Shown here in pieces: positions 58,526 to 64,000 of a stretch of DNA of 64,000 nucleotides. Within the stretch, counting starts at the first letter, position 1. Each line of letters opens with the position of its first letter. The stretch covers positions 16,864,001 to 16,928,000 of the forward strand of contig CM120645.1 in assembly GCA_051362555.1 (NCBI GenBank), read 5' to 3'. Position numbers and translations under genes: made by a program. The stretch is from Lingula anatina. Taxonomy: Eukaryota > Animalia > Brachiopoda. The notes under the pieces are model-generated. The model ran no database searches. It worked only from the letters and a program-made list of their open reading frames with translations, and was not told where the DNA came from.

Positions 58526-61500
58526 TTACTTGGTCCTCTTTGTACATTGAATAGCCTCATCTTCCAAACTCAGAGCTTTCCTTTTCCTTATGGGAGACCA
58601 CCTAGATGGGGGTTTTACATTGCTTTTAGCACCATGTAGTGGGGTATGCTGAACCAAAGATTTTCTTGGCTGAAAATAGTAAATTTTACTGTTCAATTAT
58701 ATATTAAATTTGACAAAGAAAATTAACAAACAAACCAAAAATACACGAAAAAAGATACAATAACTGTTTTCTAAAGGAAAAGTTTATTTTTAAAAACCAA
58801 CAAAGTTGCCCAATCTCAGATTACGTCAAATATTATTGTGCTATATCTGAATTTCTTAACTTTTACGAATGAAATATTATATGCCCCCCCCAAAGAAAAG
58901 AAGTAATGATGATAATAATTTTAAAAAAACTTATCTGACACGTTTAATGAAAATATATCCAAATAAATGAAGAATACCGCATACATTAAATTGAAGGAAA
59001 TATTAATCTGTGATCAACTTTTATAAACCATGGTTTATTCTCGTGGTAAATATTACAACAGAAGCATACAACTACAAAAATGTGTTACGATAGAATAGCT
59101 GTACCTCAATGCAATAGAACTATAGTACCTACAACCAACCAATAAAACCGCACTTCTTGCACTCACCCATGCTTACTGACCAGTCACACAAAGATTCAGT
59201 TTGAACTAATTTTTTTCACAAGTAAACATGCAAACTGACTATATAAGAATACAACTCCAACACAGCATTAAGATGTGCAACTGGAAAATGCTACTATATG
59301 TTAAAAAAAGTAGTTACTGCTACATCTACATCAGAGCTCTTCAGTTGGGTGAAATTTTACCTGAAAACCTTGTGGTGAATCAAAAACTGACTGAAATAAA
59401 ATGCTTAACAAGATCAGCAAAAAGATTTCAGAAAAGACAACTTTGAAAACAATTTGACTTCATTATGAGACTTTCAAATTAAGAATCATAGCTTGAAAGG
59501 TACAACTACTGAACGGCAAAAAGTAAATAAGCAAAACGTTAGTTCCAAATTCATCTGAAAAGAATGGAAATGTCATAGCTGGAATCTCACACATGCTCAC
59601 ACCCACAAGTCAACTTTTCCATAACATGAAATAACTTTACAATGTCATTCCTAACACATGCACGTAAACCAATGGTTTTCTCACCTGCCCAAAACTGGGT
59701 GTCTGCAGCAGAGACCTTCTCTTTGCTGGGGGCTGGTTTTCATCAGCTCTAGGTGAAGTGCAGCTGGAACTGACAGATCTGGAGGAAAACACTGAGGAAC
59801 TGCTGCCACTCCTGCCAGATTGTGGGCTGAAAATTTTATAGGTAGCTACAGTAAAGGCTGCTATTTATAGTGGCACATAAAACTAACCTTTAAATATAAA
59901 AAAAACTTATACCATGGGCTTCACAGGCTTGGCAATTTAATATTGACATCCTGTTGTAAGGCACTAAGGCAGCTAAACAACAGTGTAACAAACAACATTA
60001 TAACAAACCTCTGTAACATGGAGGAGCCTGCTGAACTCATTCTGGAGCTTGCCAACCTTTTAGATGGAGTAGGCAGCATTGACCTTCTGTTGTTGCGGAC
60101 AGAAGATGGAGTACTGGACAGGATGGAGCTGTTGGACGAACTGCAGAAACACACAAAATAAAATAATTAATAAATAAACCCATAATTTAGCACTGCACCA
60201 AGTAACAACTCAATCAAACATTATAAATTCCTTTTGTGACTCTGTTTCATAATGGGCAGTATAATTTGTTAAGTGCATTCCTTAACATGGTCTGTTTGGG
60301 ATTATTTGATCATCTCTTCTGTTACCATGTGGAATTCAGTTCTTTATCTCCCTCTGATATCCAAAAAAAGTTAAAATATAATTCATTCCTAGTTTTGCTA
60401 CAGAAAATAAAATAAGGGATGCTTAATTCTCTTTAGTATATGTCTGATTTATTAATATTATAAGAGTTGCAGATAATGCACCAAAGTTAACTGGTATAAA
60501 TAATGCATTCCTTTACGAAAGAGAAACAAATCAATCATGTGTATCATCTTCAAAGTCACCTGCAATCATATTTAAGAGTAATAAGAAAATTTGCATTCAA
60601 TCATGACATAGATTTAAGTATGCCAGTCTACATTTCACATAAAAAGCTTGTTAATTTCAAGCTCAACTTTCAAGATTAAGTGAAAAGATCATCTTGAATC
60701 AATAAAGAAAAAGTCATAAATGCTTTCAGATTTGGTAGCCAAACACTTGTACGCTTACCTTGTTCTGGGGGGCGTGGCTGGTGAATCCTTTGCTTGCTGA
60801 GCAGCAAGTCTTTTTGGTAAGAACTGCTTCTCTGGCTTGACAGGCGTGCTGTGAAAACTGCCTGCACTGCTACTTCGGGGCTGATTTAGGCCAGCTGTGA
60901 AGGGAAGGAGATTATCTTTATTACTGATGATAAATAATATGATCTTCAACATCAACAATTATACCTATGTTTGCATGTCCAACTTAAGAGTGACACACTA
61001 GTTACAGGATCAGCCATTTAAATAATACAATGCAAGGCACTTACATTGTCTTCCCAAAATGGATTTAGCAGAGTTTGCTGCTGATGCACTGCCTGGTGTG
61101 GAGACAACCGATCTGTTCAGCCTGCTACTGTTAGATACTGGAAATAGAAAACGAAGATTTATCCCATGTCAGAAAAATATACTATAGCTGTTAATCTTCT
61201 CTGCAATTTCTTTGACCAAGAAGGATCAGATTTCAAAGGACACCGCTTTGAATAGAATGCCTAAATCTAATTGGACGAGAGAGATAATTGATACCCCGTC
61301 TCTACTCCTCTACAGCTTCTTGCTTTGACTAAATCAACCATATTCAATGCATACCTGATATGCAGACAACAAGATTATAAAAGTGAATCCACAGGTTCTG
61401 ACTGACAAGTCTATGATTACTATTTTGCAAAAAAAAAAAAAAAATCAATGTTGCTGAATATGACTGACAGAGAAAAATTAGCTATTCAGAAAAATAGCCA

Positions 61501-62228
61501 CTGGGGAGTACTGACAATTAAATTCCTCAAATATTTCATGCTTGTTAAGTGGACCTCATTATCACATACCAACCTGCAATGATTATTTAATACCAAGTTA
61601 AAGTTTATATCAGCTGTGTAACAATAACAGTAACTACAATGCTCTGGTGTCTATCAAGTCATCCCTGTCAGGGAATGAGAATTAGGGTGATATTGCAATG
61701 AGTGATAATGACAATGAGAGTGAAAGCTACATGAGCATATTAGGCCAATTACAGGGATGGGACTACCATTTAGTGAAAAGTCAGAAAACATGGTATGGGG
61801 TCCAGGGGGCTGCCTATGTCAATGATATTTTTGGCTCCCAAAATGTCAGAAATCCACCGATAGTCAGAAAAATCTCATCCCTGTAATTATGAATATTCAT
61901 GAAAGTGAAAAGTACATGTACCCAGACTGCTCCTAGTGTTGTCTGCAGGACTGTTCTTCTTAATCCCACTGACTGCCTTGGTGGCCTTCATCGGACCTGA
62001 CTGGGACATCCCAGGCTTGGAACAACTCTTGTTCATACTAAGACTCTTTTTCTGGATCTCTCCAGGTTTTAATAGGGCCAACTTGGTCTTGATGGTTGGA
62101 GCTTTCAGGCCAGAGCGTTGGGATGAGTTGGAACAGTTGGAAATGTTGGAGCAAACGCTGGAGGCAGAGGAATCGCTGTCATGTCTCTCACGCTGGGAGT
62201 ACGTTGGGGTAGGTTTTTGTAATTTGGA
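58526..62228 (-). CDS. 3' part of a Ser/Pro/basic-rich disordered protein (possibly GTSE1/PSRC1-like microtubule-associated); exons 61922-62228, 61045-61137, 60759-60894, 60009-60140, 59685-59826, 58526-58669; 5' end outside the window
   Basis: GT-AG bounded open exons. SxIP-like motif (RSMLPTP) and similar SGLKAP/SKLQKP, many SP/TP sites, terminal basic RWSPIRKRK...KRTK*. Family identity is not secure. Confidence 0.6.
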
Positions 62229-62262
62229 CTGAAAATATAACAACCTAATAAGTAATATACTG

Positions 62263-64000
62263 AACAAGGCAGCAAAGCTGTCAAATGTACAGACAAAAAA
62301 ACAGAAAATAAAGATGCAAAAAAAGGTCATTTTGTCAATTTTGATGCAATAATAAATAATGCTTATAATAGCACTGTCAGTCAACACTGAATTTTAATCA
62401 TGCACAACAGGTAACATGGTCAATAACAGGAGTGGACCCGGAGATATTTTCTGACAGTATTCCAAAGTATCTATGTTGATCCATCCTCCATTTTGATGGT
62501 CTTCCAACAGAAAAAAATAGATACCAGTCAATATAAACTTAATAACCTGTCTTCAAGAAGACCCAGAAGATGGTCTCAATCCACCCCTTCAATAAGATTA
62601 CAGTTTCAGGACCATGAGAGACTATAGTCACATGATGAAAGTCTCAATATTTGAAAAATGATGACAGTGCATAAAATAATTTTATATAATGTTTAAAGAC
62701 ATAAAAAACAATACAATTGCTTATGTGGAAATACAGAAAATGTGCAGAGCCTCGAACGGATGAGAGTTAAAAGTCACAAATGCATGTGTTTGAGAAAAGA
62801 TTGTAAAGGAAAACATAACAAAACGAGAAAACCACCGAGTGTGCAGACCTCTGCCAAGGCAGCAATTGTTGATTATTGTTGATTATTGATTGATTATTGA
62901 GCCAGACCACCACTAAAAACTAATCATTGTCCTCTTTGGCCCAATTCTGACAGTTCCTGAAAATTTCAGCAAAATCGGTCCATAACTTTTTGAGTTATGT
63001 TGATGACAGACAAACAAGGGTGAAAATATAACCTCCTAGGCAGAGCCTGAGGTAAATATAATTTCAATAAAGCTGCTATTCAAACTTTTAATCTTTGATT
63101 ATATATATATATAATAACCTGCATAATTATCACTGCTTCCTTATTATTAATCTAGCAGAGAGCTTAACTTTTGGGAGTTTACAAGGAAATATCAACAAGT
63201 GTGCTTTATGTAATCTTCAATGGCCTATCAATTAGGCAAATGACTTTATAACTCAGAAATTAGCTAAGTGATACCCAAGGGATATTAACAGACTGACCCT
63301 CTCAAAGGTCTTTCAGGCCCATAAGTCACATCTTCAGAAAAGCACAAAACAATAATGCACAAAATAGGAGACTACCAATTCTGATGCAATAATACATTAT
63401 GTTTTACTGCACAGTCAACATCAAATTTTAATTATGCACAACAGGTAACAACGACGAAAGTAAAATCATAAGGCTTCAGGCCCATCAGAGTTCAAGTTTA
63501 TACTTAGAAAGTGCCAGAATGAGAAAAATGAAAATTTCACACAAAATTGCATAAATTCAATAATAAATGATAACCCAATTGACCTGGCTTTCTAATTTGA
63601 ACTGCATGCCAATCCTAAAAATCATACTTGTAAGTTAAAAATAATAATAAGTAACACAGTTTTCTTTTCATAATGTTTGCAGTAGCAATGCAAAAATATT
63701 GTTGTCAATTTTGATGTAACATTACATAATAAATTATAGAATAATTATCACCAATCTTTGATTATTGACAATAAATAGCATGGACATGTAGAAAACTTGA
63801 TTACCATTCGGCTTCATGTCCATGGGAGCTCTGAGTCCCACAATGAATATGCCAAAAAGATAATGAATATTTCACTCAAATGTATAACTTCCAGAAAAAG
63901 AAGCCAATTAGACTGCTTTTCCAACTCATTCTGTGTTTCTTTTTTAAAGGTTTGACAGTCATAACACTGTTTTCCCATAATGCTCATCATAGCAGCAGCA
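62263..64000 (+). mobile_element. Second, more diverged copy of the 27388-29730 element family (runs off the window)
   Basis: Near-identical 5' end aacaaggcagcaaagctgtcaaatgtacagacaaa...aacagaaaataaagatgcaaa, followed by degenerate versions of the ~340-bp unit (aattttgatgcaat.. / ttttgatgtaacattacataat). Confidence 0.65.
62826..63055 (+). mobile_element. Short HINE/MITE-like element nested in the larger repeat
   Basis: Contains acctctgccaagg near the 5' end, (gattatt)n, tgaaaatttcagcaaaatcggtccataactttttgagttat, gacagacaaacaa, and the 3' hairpin-like aacctcctaggcagagcctgaggt. Confidence 0.5.

Overview
AT-rich, intron-rich animal genomic DNA, probably a marine lophotrochozoan such as a mollusc (inferred from gene content and repeat types). 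I rebuilt the spliced models by hand from GT-AG sites and codon phase. Genes, left to right: a multi-pass membrane protein ending in a PARP catalytic domain (-), an intronless TRIM-NHL (-), LRGUK (+, with one U12-type intron), APEH (-), a second intronless TRIM-NHL nested in an APEH intron on the same strand, MRPL42 (+, head-to-head with APEH), C3orf84/CIMIP7-like (-) head-to-head with IHO1-like (+), and the 3' part of a Ser/Pro/basic-rich gene (-). The main finding is that APEH carries two separate pairs of tandemly duplicated exons, each of which frameshifts if both exons are included. Each pair has intronic sequences complementary to the alternative 3' splice sites, resembling a Dscam-type RNA-structure switch in a peptidase. 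Other notable items: a 322-bp LTR mini-retrotransposon with tRNA-like Pol III promoters in its LTRs, a 77-bp minisatellite that multiplies an APEH 5' splice site seven times, and the membrane-PARP architecture. Homology calls come from recalled motifs, not database searches.
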